From: a virus
Taxonomy: Duplodnaviria; Caudoviricetes
IMG/VR virus record: IMGVR_UViG_3300042348_000372
Location: 1 to 26,927 of that record
Direction: 5' to 3' (one strand)
Length of the DNA: 26,927 nt
Shown: positions 8,074-16,854 of the stretch, in pieces
Layout: each line of letters opens with the position of its first letter
Position numbering within the stretch: the first letter of the stretch is position 1
Position numbers and translations under genes: made by a program
Notes under the pieces: model-generated
Seen by the model: the letters and a program-made list of their open reading frames with translations, nothing else
The model's database searches: none
Told to the model about the DNA's origin: nothing

Positions 8074-8850
8074 TTACCCGAAGATTCCCTTGTTTCGTTG
8101 GTTAGCTGCTGATCCCAGCAACTTCCCACGATATTTTGCGTATTCGGTAACCGACATTGCGGCAATTTGATCCGCTGTAAACGATTGTTGATCCGAGTTA
8201 GTGTCCATAGGTCCTGAGGCAGGCGATGTTACTCGACTACCTGTCATTTCTTTACGGGCGTTCTGCATAGCAGATTGCGCCGATTCCAAGATACGTGAGC
8301 TGCGCTCACGGAGTCCTGCAATACTAGATTCGATCTCTTCGGGATTATTTCCTGAGATTAGATCTACAAGCTCAGGGATAATACTATCCCGCTCTTCTTC
8401 TAAACGTTGTGAGCGATATGCAGTTAGTTCTGCATACTGACGTTCACGATCAAGAAGAGTAAATGCACGTTCACGCTCGGCCTTCTCTATATCTAGCTTT
8501 TCTGCCCATTCTTTTTCTTTCTGTTCAAGAAGAGAACGAACATCCATTTCAGCCTCTGCCTTTTTACGGGACTCAGCTTCTTTTTCTTCAGCGATGCGAG
8601 TAGCTTCAGCTAAACGTTCTTCACGGTCTTTCTTAAGAAGAGAAATTTCTTCCTTTAACGAATCAATCTGCGGGTAGAGCTTGGACTTTTCCTGCTCACG
8701 TACTCGCTTTAGATCTTCGTCTGTATAACCTTTTTGCTCAACAAACTGATTTGTTTGAGCTACTGTGCTAGTTGTTTGTGTTGGGTTGGCTTCTGATAAA
8801 AATGCTTCTTGGGCTACTGCACTATCAACTAAGTTAGATGTTTCTGACAT
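8074..8850 (-). CDS. Capsid scaffolding protein
   Basis: Glu/Lys/Arg-rich coiled coil between portal and capsid. C-terminal I.AMS..EYAKYR..L helix typical of scaffolds. Confidence 0.8.
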   Translation of the reverse strand: MSETSNLVDSAVAQEAFLSEANPTQTTSTVAQTNQFVEQKGYTDEDLKRVREQEKSKLYPQIDSLKEEISLLKKDREERLAEATRIAEEKEAESRKKAEAEMDVRSLLEQKEKEWAEKLDIEKAERERAFTLLDRERQYAELTAYRSQRLEEERDSIIPELVDLISGNNPEEIESSIAGLRERSSRILESAQSAMQNARKEMTGSRVTSPASGPMDTNSDQQSFTADQIAAMSVTEYAKYRGKLLGSAANQRNKGIFG

Positions 8851-8924
8851 GCGTTATTCCTTAGGTTTAAGAGGTCGTTGTCCGAGTAAATATCACGATG
8901 ACCTATGGTGGTTGTTTGGGTACT

Positions 8925-8957
8925 AGACTTCCAAATTATTGCTAATTTGTCTGCCTA
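8925..8957 (-). promoter_or_regulatory. Putative phage promoter TAGGCAGAC-N18-AAGTCT (scaffold/capsid)
   Basis: Shared motif with an exact 18-nt spacer, intergenic. Confidence 0.55.
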
Positions 8958-8959
8958 AA

Positions 8960-10672
8960 TTACTTACTTTCTTCAGTATTTGGCGTATCTGTTTGAGGCG
9001 TTGATACTTGAGAAATCTTTGGTGCATACGCTCCTTGAACAAGCTCATTTTGCATCTGTGCAAGTGTCTGTTCTTCGAACGGCGTAATAATTCCTGGCTG
9101 ACCAAGTGGTCCTGGACCAGTTCCATCTCCTGGTGCTGCCCCTGGTGGAAGTGTACCATCAGGCATCATTCCTGTAAGAGAAGTAATAGCAGAGTTAATT
9201 TGCTGCTTGATAAGTGCCAATGCACCATCAGCCTTAGCATCAGCAATAAGTTCTGCACGAATTTCTTCTAGCTTCTCATCTGGGAATTCTTCTCCAAGCT
9301 GGCGTAGGGCGCCTTCACGGCTTTCTAGCTGCATATTCATCTTCTGCTGGATTTCGTTAAGAACAACTAGCTTATCCAATGGAAGTGGAGGTGGAAAATG
9401 AATAATTGATTCATACGTAATTGACTGAGAAAGATCTAACTGAGGTAATTGGCTAGGCTTAATAGGTCCATTAATTGCTGGATTATAAGTAAACATCTCA
9501 GGCTCTTTAAATGCAAGGGTTAAGAGAACAAGCTCATTAATTCTTTGAAGTCCGTTTCCATATTGGATTGTCTTCTGCAAATAACGATTCATCAAAGGCT
9601 GATATTGAATAGCAAGTGCTACGCCTGATGTGTTAGAAATAGGCTGTACTTGTCCAAGAGCTGTTTCAGGAACGCCAACCATCTCATGCATAGCTGACTT
9701 AATCATCTTGAGGTATTCCATAGCTCCTACAAGGCCTTGTCCGCCACCTTCTAGATTGAATACCTGCGCATCCTTTGGAAGTCCTCCCCAAACCTTCTTA
9801 GGGCCCTTCTCAAGTGCTGAAGCCTTAGCTCCTGTAATAACTGTAACTGGTGCTGCGTGGTAGTTAACAATGTCTGCAATATCTGTTGCTGTTTCATTGT
9901 ACGCACGGTTTAGTGTAATAAGGTCGTGACAATCGGCTAATCCCCAAGGAGATCCAGAAATATGCACATTTGCAATATGAATGACTGGCACTACACCAAT
10001 TGGGTTTGCACGTGAGTCAATAAGCTCGTCATTGATATATTCTTCAATACGGTCATCTGTAAGAATTTCAGTGTATGTGTAGACTTGGCGTGTGCCTTCT
10101 ACTGAGGTACCCCAGAAACGATACTTGAGCTTAAAACGAATTAGTCGTGAACGGTCATGTGGGTGGAATTCTGGGAAACAGAAAGAAGAGTTAAGGGGAA
10201 GAATGCGGACACGTCCAGGATGTGGTCGACCAACAGAATCTTCATAACCCTCTTCATATGCTACCTTAACAAAGCAGTCGCCTGATACTCCGCCTTGCTG
10301 ACCCATTTCCCACATAACGGAATGCTTATCATTATCAGTTTCCCATACACGCTTAAGAACGTCTGGAACAATAGCTTCTGTTGATGATGGGCTACGGAAA
10401 GTTGCTCCGCGACCAAATGTAAAGTTAATAATAAAATCTGTAAATGCTCTGTAATAATTATATACCATCTGTGATTCGCCAATTTCACGGCGATAAGACC
10501 AGTGGTGCCCTAGGTACATTGCCCAGTTGAGTGAGTAACGGTTTAGTCGTGGACCGTGTACTTCAAACTCTTCGTCTGCTAATTCTACTAGACCTAAAGG
10601 AGAAATAGAGATAGTTAAATCAGATGATGCAGCTCTATAACTCGGAGGTGAAAAATCAATGCCACCGGCCAT
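8960..10672 (-). CDS. Portal protein (SPP1 gp6-like)
   Basis: 570 aa between terminase and scaffold. Motifs NPIGVVPVIHIAN, SGVAL.I.Y.PL and S.E.AL..LG. Confidence 0.88.
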   Translation of the reverse strand: MAGGIDFSPPSYRAASSDLTISISPLGLVELADEEFEVHGPRLNRYSLNWAMYLGHHWSYRREIGESQMVYNYYRAFTDFIINFTFGRGATFRSPSSTEAIVPDVLKRVWETDNDKHSVMWEMGQQGGVSGDCFVKVAYEEGYEDSVGRPHPGRVRILPLNSSFCFPEFHPHDRSRLIRFKLKYRFWGTSVEGTRQVYTYTEILTDDRIEEYINDELIDSRANPIGVVPVIHIANVHISGSPWGLADCHDLITLNRAYNETATDIADIVNYHAAPVTVITGAKASALEKGPKKVWGGLPKDAQVFNLEGGGQGLVGAMEYLKMIKSAMHEMVGVPETALGQVQPISNTSGVALAIQYQPLMNRYLQKTIQYGNGLQRINELVLLTLAFKEPEMFTYNPAINGPIKPSQLPQLDLSQSITYESIIHFPPPLPLDKLVVLNEIQQKMNMQLESREGALRQLGEEFPDEKLEEIRAELIADAKADGALALIKQQINSAITSLTGMMPDGTLPPGAAPGDGTGPGPLGQPGIITPFEEQTLAQMQNELVQGAYAPKISQVSTPQTDTPNTEESK

Positions 10673-10711
10673 TTATGCTTTCCTGACTTTCGTATTCATG
10701 TGTGCCCCCAC

Positions 10712-10981
10712 TTACGCTACAAAACCTTGTTTTTTAATGTTACGTTTCTTTTCAGACTTTTTGCGTTTTATTTTGTCTAATTCTTCTTTTTTATAATCAC
10801 GCTTTTTTGGATCAATTTCTTTAATTGAATCTACATAACCGCCGCCATTTTTTGCATATTCTGATGATAGCCACTTAGCTGCTGCGTATGTCAACCCTTT
10901 TGTTCTAGAGGAAGGATACTTAGAACGAGCCTGTTGTTCCAATGCATTATACAATTTTGGATTGTCTGGTTGTGCCATCAT
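10712..10981 (-). CDS. Small basic hypothetical protein (possibly DUF5872-like)
   Basis: NPKLY......A..KY...A.KWL..EY...GGGY plus a Lys-rich tail. GGAG RBS. Family label from memory only. Confidence 0.6.
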   Translation of the reverse strand: MMAQPDNPKLYNALEQQARSKYPSSRTKGLTYAAAKWLSSEYAKNGGGYVDSIKEIDPKKRDYKKEELDKIKRKKSEKKRNIKKQGFVA

Positions 10982-10995
10982 TCTCCCTCATACAA

Positions 10996-11032
10996 GTTCC
11001 CTAGCCCCACAGGTTAGTGAGGGGCTAGGAAC
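10996..11032. other. Intergenic GC-rich stem-loop
   Basis: GTTC-C-CTAGCCCC / GGGGCTAG-GAAC inverted repeat, no clear U tract. Confidence 0.45.
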
Positions 11033-11053
11033 AGGTATATTGTATCGTACTTT

Positions 11054-11461
11054 TTAGTCTACTACTGAAGCTGGGTTCATGCGCTCATAGCGTGAGCCGC
11101 TGCGAATTACTTCTTCAATAACAACCTGAGAGTGATCTCCAAAGTTACCATTAGCAAACTCACCAAGGTATGTTGGAGCCTCTACCCAAGCTGCTGAACC
11201 AACGTGTGCACGTTGCTTCATTGTTTCTTCTGGGTACTTTTCAAAAACGTTAACATTGTGGTTTGGACGACCTGCTGGAGTATCGTACCCCTGGTCTAAA
11301 CCAACCTGAAAATCGTTTGGAACATCTGTGTCTGTAGCAACGCCTTCTTCAAAGCGAAGTGGACCACGAAGTCCTGGTTGTGCAGGTGACATTTTACGTT
11401 CGTATGTTGCGCCAACCTTCTCAGGGAACTGAGGTGTTGGGGCGATATTTTCTACTGCCAT
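11054..11461 (-). CDS. Hypothetical protein between terminase and portal
   Basis: 135 aa, AGGAG RBS, own promoter-like motif upstream. Confidence 0.75.
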   Translation of the reverse strand: MAVENIAPTPQFPEKVGATYERKMSPAQPGLRGPLRFEEGVATDTDVPNDFQVGLDQGYDTPAGRPNHNVNVFEKYPEETMKQRAHVGSAAWVEAPTYLGEFANGNFGDHSQVVIEEVIRSGSRYERMNPASVVD

Positions 11462-11507
11462 TTTTTGCTTCTCCTATAGGATTAGGGATTGAGGGTCCTC
11501 ACGGATA

Positions 11508-11540
11508 ATTCTCGCTTTTATTTGTTGTTTTGTCGGCCTA
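11508..11540 (-). promoter_or_regulatory. Putative phage promoter TAGGCCGAC-N18-GAGAAT
   Basis: TTTAGGCCGACAAA differs by one base from TTTAGGCAGACAAA upstream of the scaffold. Same spacing. Confidence 0.6.
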
Positions 11541-11552
11541 AAGTAATTCTTT

Positions 11553-13133
11553 TTAGAAAAAAGGACTTGAAGATACTTCAACCGTAGGCATAACCATATC
11601 CTGAGTTAGGGAGCATGCAAGGGCTAAAGAGTCAACAAAATCGTCGTGTGCGTGGGCTTCGTCTGGGGCCCCAACTAAAAAGTTAGGTCCCTTGTACTGA
11701 ACTTCTGCATCTGTCATCTGTTGGTAAAACTTCTTCCAGATACGTAAACGACGAGTTTTTGCGTGTGCAGGCCAAGAAACCATTTGTCTTTGAATTAGTG
11801 CCTGTAGGTGTTTCCAACGCTTTGATTGTTCTGTAGGGCTAGAAGTAACAGAGATTACCTCTGCTCGTGGCATTAGAACCTTTAAACGTCCGGCCACTGC
11901 GTCACCTACACCGTTAGCGTCTACACCAATAGCAAGTACGTCATAGCTTGATAAGAACTGCTGTATTTGAAAGTACTGCTCTTCCCAGTCATCACCTTGA
12001 AGTTCTAACCAATTTAAAACTCTATGGTCGTAGTAGCCATACTCGTCTGGTCTATCCCAGTCAACCCATACAACAGTTACTACTGTTGAGTCAATTTTAC
12101 GTGCAGGGTCAACACCAACAACTACTGGGGACCTATGCCAACTTTTAACGATTTCTTGGGATGTGTCACCAAGATCGTCCATGATCCCTGATGTAACGAA
12201 CATTCCTCTTTCCAACAACCATTTGCAGTTGTACGACATTTGGAATTCGTCAGAGTCTTCACCAACTCTAAGCATTTCTTTTTTAATGAATTTTTCGTAG
12301 TTCGGTTGGACTTTGGCAACATCTTTCCAGTCCCATTGAAAGTGATTTTGTTTTGCATTTCTACTGCCTGCCTGTCTGCGTCGATTGAGCTGAATTGCTC
12401 GGTAAAAGTTATTCTTACTTGTTGTAGGTGTGCCAGTCTTTACAATAGTAGCGTTGTAATAAGCTCCCATAGGGCTAATAGACTTAGACACTACAAAGTC
12501 ATCTGCTTCTTGACACTCATCAATAATGATCAAATGGAAAGATTTAGATTCAATCTTAGCTCGTGGGTTAGCAGTCATCATCATTAGGGTTGAACCAGAC
12601 TTTTTAAGCTTAATGTTACGAGTTACGCCCGGGTTCTTACCAGGCATATCATCAATCTCTGGGTCACCAAAAACTTCCATAGCACGCTCAGAGGTAAGGC
12701 GGGACACTGTTCTGGCGTAAAGGGTTTCAACCTGAGATTGGATTGGTGCAAACATGCCCACCCAAATACCGTCACCAAACTTACCTAGTAGGTCTGGGTA
12801 CATGCGGGCAAGCCTTGGAAGGATAACCATAAGTGTGGCCACTGTGTTAGCAATTGTTTCTGATTTTCCTGACTGACGTGATGCCAGGGCAGTTACTTCT
12901 TCACCATCGTTAATAATTACAGATTCAATTACTCTCCTAGCAAGTGGCTTTTGATACGCGTGGAGCTCGTGACCTACAAGCATCTCCATGAACTGCATTA
13001 CTTTATCTATAAGTACTTTAACAAATTCTTTTGATAGCTCATCAAGCTCATCTTCTTCCTCATCTTCTGGAAGTGGGCCACTGCCTTCTTCTAATTCTTC
13101 TGGATCAAGTTCTTCAAAATCGTTAAGACTCAT
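11553..13133 (-). CDS. terL: Terminase large subunit
   Basis: Q motif (YQ), Walker A SRQSGKS, Walker B LIIIDECQ, coupling motif TGTP, RNase H-like GVDPA and HDDFVDS. Confidence 0.93.
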   Translation of the reverse strand: MSLNDFEELDPEELEEGSGPLPEDEEEDELDELSKEFVKVLIDKVMQFMEMLVGHELHAYQKPLARRVIESVIINDGEEVTALASRQSGKSETIANTVATLMVILPRLARMYPDLLGKFGDGIWVGMFAPIQSQVETLYARTVSRLTSERAMEVFGDPEIDDMPGKNPGVTRNIKLKKSGSTLMMMTANPRAKIESKSFHLIIIDECQEADDFVVSKSISPMGAYYNATIVKTGTPTTSKNNFYRAIQLNRRRQAGSRNAKQNHFQWDWKDVAKVQPNYEKFIKKEMLRVGEDSDEFQMSYNCKWLLERGMFVTSGIMDDLGDTSQEIVKSWHRSPVVVGVDPARKIDSTVVTVVWVDWDRPDEYGYYDHRVLNWLELQGDDWEEQYFQIQQFLSSYDVLAIGVDANGVGDAVAGRLKVLMPRAEVISVTSSPTEQSKRWKHLQALIQRQMVSWPAHAKTRRLRIWKKFYQQMTDAEVQYKGPNFLVGAPDEAHAHDDFVDSLALACSLTQDMVMPTVEVSSSPFF

Positions 13134-13363
13134 TTAATAACTCTCTTATTTAAGGACTCCATTATGGCGTGCAGAACTTCTGAGCCAATTCGTGCCTCCT
13201 CTAATGAGAAGTTGTCTTTACTTTTTTGCCAATTAGATAGGTTTCTACCAATTGAGTAGATTGCTTGATCCGCCCAAGATAACAGCTCAGCTGTAGGTAA
13301 TCCTTCAACCCGCTTCTCAATCTTAGTTTTCTTTTTTTCTTCTGTTTTCTTCTTAAACATCAT
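13130..13363 (-). CDS. Hypothetical helical protein (start reassigned to ATG at 13363)
   Basis: MMFKKK... start overlaps the upstream gene end. ATGA overlap with terL. Confidence 0.6.
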   Translation of the reverse strand: MMFKKKTEEKKKTKIEKRVEGLPTAELLSWADQAIYSIGRNLSNWQKSKDNFSLEEARIGSEVLHAIMESLNKRVIK

Positions 13364-13643
13364 ATTCCGCCCCATCTCTAATAATGTTCCAATCAACTTC
13401 GTCTTGGTTCATTGGTCTTCCACCTACTGCGTTAGTTAGCGCCTGGCTTTCAGAGTAAGATTTTACCCACTTACCAAAAACTAAAGACGCTCTAGTAAAA
13501 GGAAATCTAATGCAAACACCTGATCCAAATCTGTATGGAGGCTCAATTTCTTGTGTATTTGCTTTTTCAAACAATACTGGTGGTTTTATTGGGTAGATCA
13601 TGGTATGCCAATAGAACTTACCTACATCATGAGTCTTGGCCAC
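13353..13643 (-). CDS. Hypothetical protein (start reassigned to GTG at 13643)
   Basis: GGAGG lies 6 nt before GTG GCC AAG ACT CAT. Confidence 0.65.
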   Translation of the reverse strand: MAKTHDVGKFYWHTMIYPIKPPVLFEKANTQEIEPPYRFGSGVCIRFPFTRASLVFGKWVKSYSESQALTNAVGGRPMNQDEVDWNIIRDGAEYDV

Positions 13644-13905
13644 TGCTATCCTCCGCCTCCGGACAAACGTGTTCATCAAGTTCGTACTCTAATACTAGCA
13701 CAGAACAGTTTTTACAACGAAAGAGCTTAGGAGCTCTAAAGTTATTTTGAGCTGTTCCACCAACAGGTACATCATCATCAATAGGTGTATAGTCAGAAAT
13801 CATGTCAGGCTCACGAAATAACTCTGGTGGAAATGGGCCCCTAGGAGCATGTGAAGATGCTGGTACTGGATGCCCTTGTTTTGTTATTACCCTCTGTATT
13901 CTCAT
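13627..13905 (-). CDS. Hypothetical protein with C-terminal CxxC...HxC Zn finger
   Basis: FRCKNC...LDEHVC. TAATG coupling with the upstream gene. Confidence 0.7.
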   Translation of the reverse strand: MRIQRVITKQGHPVPASSHAPRGPFPPELFREPDMISDYTPIDDDVPVGGTAQNNFRAPKLFRCKNCSVLVLEYELDEHVCPEAEDSSGQDS

Positions 13906-14129
13906 TATTCAGTTAGTTCTTTAACAGGTTCGGCCACTGCCTTCTTCTTCTTAGAGACCTTGGTTTTTTCTTCTTGCACATAGTAAGTTACGTGGGCAGG
14001 AAGCTTAGTCTTGTCAAATACAGGAGAGAGATGTAGATCACAAAAAAGCTGGTCAAGAGAGAATTCATTTTTAACGTAATACAGGGGCTCGTTATCGCAA
14101 GATAAGCATTTAGGCTTAGAAATTTCCAT
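13905..14129 (-). CDS. Small Zn-finger protein (CxxC...CxxH)
   Basis: KCLSC...FCDLH. AAAGGA RBS. Confidence 0.65.
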   Translation of the reverse strand: MEISKPKCLSCDNEPLYYVKNEFSLDQLFCDLHLSPVFDKTKLPAHVTYYVQEEKTKVSKKKKAVAEPVKELTE

Positions 14130-14177
14130 AATATGTCCTTTCAGAACGTATTTTACGGCAATATCTTATCATATCTT

Positions 14178-14222
14178 ATATTGAGTTCGATGTTGCGCCA
14201 AGTCTGTATTTACTGGTAGACT
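14178..14222. promoter_or_regulatory. Overlapping divergent promoters: minus AATACAGAC-N18-CAATAT and plus TTGCGC-N18-TAGACT
   Basis: Minus -10 at 14178-14183 with GAC at 14202-14204. Plus -35 at 14193-14198 and -10 at 14217-14222, preceded by TGG. Confidence 0.5.
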
Positions 14223-14229
14223 TTATATA

Positions 14230-14356
14230 GAGGGTAAAACCTCAACACTAACAACGAAACAAAAGAGTTGCAACTAGCTTGGCAGACAGACGCCAAGCTA
14301 CCCCAGACTGGGTGACAGGCAGTCAAAGGTTCGGGTTGGCTTTCTAGCCTAGGAGA
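14230..14356 (+). promoter_or_regulatory. Structured 5' leader of the muralytic gene (candidate cis-regulatory RNA)
   Basis: Hairpins GAGG/CCTC, TAGCTTGGC/GCCAAGCTA (9 bp perfect), GACTG/CAGTC and GGGTTGG/CTAGCCT, the last abutting the AGGAGA RBS. Confidence 0.45.
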
Positions 14357-14360
14357 TAGT

Positions 14361-14909
14361 GTGAAATTTAATGAAGAAACTGTACTAAAAATAAAAGCAA
14401 GCCTGATGGCGCTTATGCTATCAATAGTAACAACAAACGAGGCCTACGCGGTCTTCAACCGGGTTGATACGCCCACTGTGAGCACTGTCGAAGTGATAGT
14501 TGATCCTTTAGATAAGTATCGGGAAATGACTAAGTTCAGTCCTACAGACCTAGCAGAGATGCTTGAACTAGTTGGATTTAAGGGTAGCTCCTTGAAGACA
14601 GCTTGGGCAGTAGTTATGCGAGAGTCTAGGGGCAACTCAAATTCCCATAATAAGACATCCTCAACAGGGGATAATTCCTACGGACTATTCCAGATCAATA
14701 TGATCGGAAATCTTGGGGAAGATAGAAGAAAAAAATTTGGTATTAAATCTAATGCCGAACTACTAGACCCAGTGACAAACGCCCAAGCAGCTTTCTACAT
14801 GACTAATCGTGGAACAAACTTTGGGTCTTGGGGTCTAGGACCTGATGCATATGACGGCACAAGTTCCGAATCAGCAGTTACTGACTGGTTTGATGACTTT
14901 CCTAAGTAA
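14361..14909 (+). CDS. Exported lysozyme-like / lytic transglycosylase (SLT-like) protein
   Basis: Hydrophobic N-terminus ending AYA (signal-peptide-like), catalytic A..MRES.G, SYGLFQIN, and LLDP.TN..AA. Confidence 0.85.
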   Translation: MKFNEETVLKIKASLMALMLSIVTTNEAYAVFNRVDTPTVSTVEVIVDPLDKYREMTKFSPTDLAEMLELVGFKGSSLKTAWAVVMRESRGNSNSHNKTSSTGDNSYGLFQINMIGNLGEDRRKKFGIKSNAELLDPVTNAQAAFYMTNRGTNFGSWGLGPDAYDGTSSESAVTDWFDDFPK

Positions 14910-14913
14910 ATAG

Positions 14914-14941
14914 AAAAGGCCCCGTAACTGGGGCCTTTTTT
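14914..14941. terminator. Bidirectional intrinsic terminator
   Basis: AAAAGGCCCC-GTAACT-GGGGCCTTTTTT between convergent genes. Confidence 0.85.
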
Positions 14942-14945
14942 ACTT

Positions 14946-15251
14946 CTACCTACTTTTATTAAACAGTCCACCGCCACCAAAGCCCATACCGCCACGGAGA
15001 CCAGGAGTCCCTCTAGCAGGCACAGATCCATTTTTAGGTGCTTCGTAATTAAATTTAAATCCACTTTCGGCTTGGTTGTTTGGCCCATACATTCCCCCAG
15101 AAGATTTGGGAGACATGCCACTATTACCCGTCGTAGCACCGGTGCTTCCACCACCGGACTCTCGTGGTAAAGATGGTCTAGAATTAGAAGAGCTAGATCC
15201 AGAACTATTCATTCCCATTGATAACTCTTGCATTCTTCCAATACTATTCAT
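14946..15251 (-). CDS. Gly/Ser-rich disordered protein (start reassigned to ATG at 15251)
   Basis: TAATG overlap with 15251..15655. Shares motifs with that gene. Confidence 0.65.
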   Translation of the reverse strand: MNSIGRMQELSMGMNSSGSSSSNSRPSLPRESGGGSTGATTGNSGMSPKSSGGMYGPNNQAESGFKFNYEAPKNGSVPARGTPGLRGGMGFGGGGLFNKSR

Positions 15252-15655
15252 TAGTCTATTCTCCCCATCCCCATTCCGCCTCCGCTGCCCCAACCAATCA
15301 TACCGCCCACTCGGAAACCACCGCCCCTACTACTACTACTAGAAGGATTTGATGGCGCTGTAATTTTAGGTGCAGAAGGTTCTTTCCTTGCTGGCATAGA
15401 TCCAGCAGCAGGTACTTGGTAAAGACTCATTAGGTTTGGCATTCCGCCCCTGTCTGAATTGCCTACGCCTATTTTTCCAGATGCTGCGCCTGGCATTGTT
15501 GTAGACCCTGTGCTTTTAGCAGCACCACCAGTATCCATTGACATTCCTGGTGTAGAGGAGGAAGTAGTAGTAACAGCAGATTTATACGCCGAAGAATTTT
15601 GAAATGTTAGTCCTGCTCCGGCTGCCATCTCTGCGTTTCTTCCTGACTGTGCCAT
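15251..15655 (-). CDS. Gly/Ser/Met-rich disordered protein
   Basis: TAATG coupled on both sides. Low-complexity sequence with a Gly-rich aromatic tail. Confidence 0.7.
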   Translation of the reverse strand: MAQSGRNAEMAAGAGLTFQNSSAYKSAVTTTSSSTPGMSMDTGGAAKSTGSTTMPGAASGKIGVGNSDRGGMPNLMSLYQVPAAGSMPARKEPSAPKITAPSNPSSSSSRGGGFRVGGMIGWGSGGGMGMGRID

Positions 15656-15939
15656 TATTTCTTTCTACTTTTGTCTAAATATCCATTTTTTTTAGGATTT
15701 TTATTATTATCCTTATTATACTTATCAGGATCTTTAGGGCCTGTTGGTCCCTTTGGCGGATTCTTTGGAGGATTTTTAGGTGGAATAGCAGCGGTTTTAA
15801 ATTTAGGTTTTTTCTTGGTTTCAACTGTTGTACCAGGACGTGGTCCATCATAGCGCTCAGGCAGCCCTATTCCACGGTCACTGTCACTTAAACCTATGCG
15901 AGATACTGGTTTTAGTCCCACGTTATCAAACTGTCCCAT
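15655..15939 (-). CDS. Lys/Pro-rich small basic protein
   Basis: PPKNPPKNPPKG repeat. In a contiguous coupled operon. Confidence 0.65.
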   Translation of the reverse strand: MGQFDNVGLKPVSRIGLSDSDRGIGLPERYDGPRPGTTVETKKKPKFKTAAIPPKNPPKNPPKGPTGPKDPDKYNKDNNKNPKKNGYLDKSRKK

Positions 15940-15941
15940 GA

Positions 15942-16223
15942 CTACTTCTTTCCAGCTCTACGCTTGTTCTCTTTGGCAGTATTCTTGCCATGCTTTAATG
16001 GGCGAAGATTACTCTTCTTATCATTACTATGGTTATTATCCTTGTGGTCTACATCTGTGTCTCGGCTTAACTTACCGTGTTTATCTTCGTACTCAACACG
16101 TGCCTTATTCTTAGAGGTAGTAACCCACTTACCATCTACCTTCTTTTTGAATACGTAGATAGGACGTCCGCCATTAGCTTCAGAGCCCTTATATGGTCCA
16201 AATCTTTTTACTTGCTCAGCCAT
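15942..16223 (-). CDS. HNH endonuclease-family protein
   Basis: DVDHKDNNHSND..SNL......N beta-beta-alpha-Me motif. Confidence 0.8.
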   Translation of the reverse strand: MAEQVKRFGPYKGSEANGGRPIYVFKKKVDGKWVTTSKNKARVEYEDKHGKLSRDTDVDHKDNNHSNDKKSNLRPLKHGKNTAKENKRRAGKK

Positions 16224-16851
16224 TTTTACGCCCTGCCATTCTTTTATTTGGATTAGTAATGCCAGTTAAAAGAGTAGTCTCTTTTCGTACTGAGCTTACA
16301 GGTTTACGATTTTCATCTGTAACAATATCATGGGTAGCAACTATATGTATAGGCTTACCCTCTACTAGAGGTACCTCACGAGAAGCATTTGCAAAGCCAA
16401 CACCACGATTCATAACATGTTGACTTCTAAAGTTATCTGTCATATCTTCATACTTCATTAAATGATCTTTTAGTATTCTGCCTTCTAAAACAGTATGGTT
16501 ATTTCCTCTGTTCCATGTTCCATCTTCTCCATGAGTAGCATAATCCTCAGCAACGCTTGGGTCAATAGTCCAATGTTGCCCGACTATGTTCATATCAATA
16601 TCCTCAGGACGAGCATCATGAAAACCCTTAAATAAATGTACATAGCGACCTAAAACTTCTTTATGACCTTTTTCACCGTCCCATGGCCCATCTTGAGACT
16701 CAATATAAGATACTGCACCAATACCTGGGTTTTTAGGATTTATTATTCTTGGTGAATCAACTAAACGACCTGGCTCAACACTTAACTTTTTAGCAACAGG
16801 TGATACAGGATCGGCATGTTCTCCAGGAACCCAGTCTTCACCTCGTAACAT
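16216..16851 (-). CDS. Hypothetical protein, possible ADP-ribosyltransferase-like fold
   Basis: HLFKG...GQHWTIDPSVAEDYA...TVLEG...SREV pattern. Confidence 0.45.
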   Translation of the reverse strand: MLRGEDWVPGEHADPVSPVAKKLSVEPGRLVDSPRIINPKNPGIGAVSYIESQDGPWDGEKGHKEVLGRYVHLFKGFHDARPEDIDMNIVGQHWTIDPSVAEDYATHGEDGTWNRGNNHTVLEGRILKDHLMKYEDMTDNFRSQHVMNRGVGFANASREVPLVEGKPIHIVATHDIVTDENRKPVSSVRKETTLLTGITNPNKRMAGRKNG

Positions 16852-16854
16852 TAG

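Noticed and set aside
8872-8904. Hairpin in the scaffold leader (possible autoregulation)
   Set aside because: Only 5 contiguous pairs on the transcribed strand, and it does not cover the RBS.
13130-14129. Terminase small subunit among the genes upstream of terL
   Set aside because: The position fits, but none shows a recognisable HTH plus oligomerisation pattern, so no call was made.
14230-14356. Assignment as a c-di-AMP (ydaO) riboswitch
   Set aside because: The gene context fits but I could not find the conserved ydaO sequence blocks on the sense strand. Kept only as an unclassified leader.
15942-16223. HNH as a mobile homing endonuclease or intron
   Set aside because: It is short, embedded in a coupled operon, and no interrupted gene or intron structure is visible.
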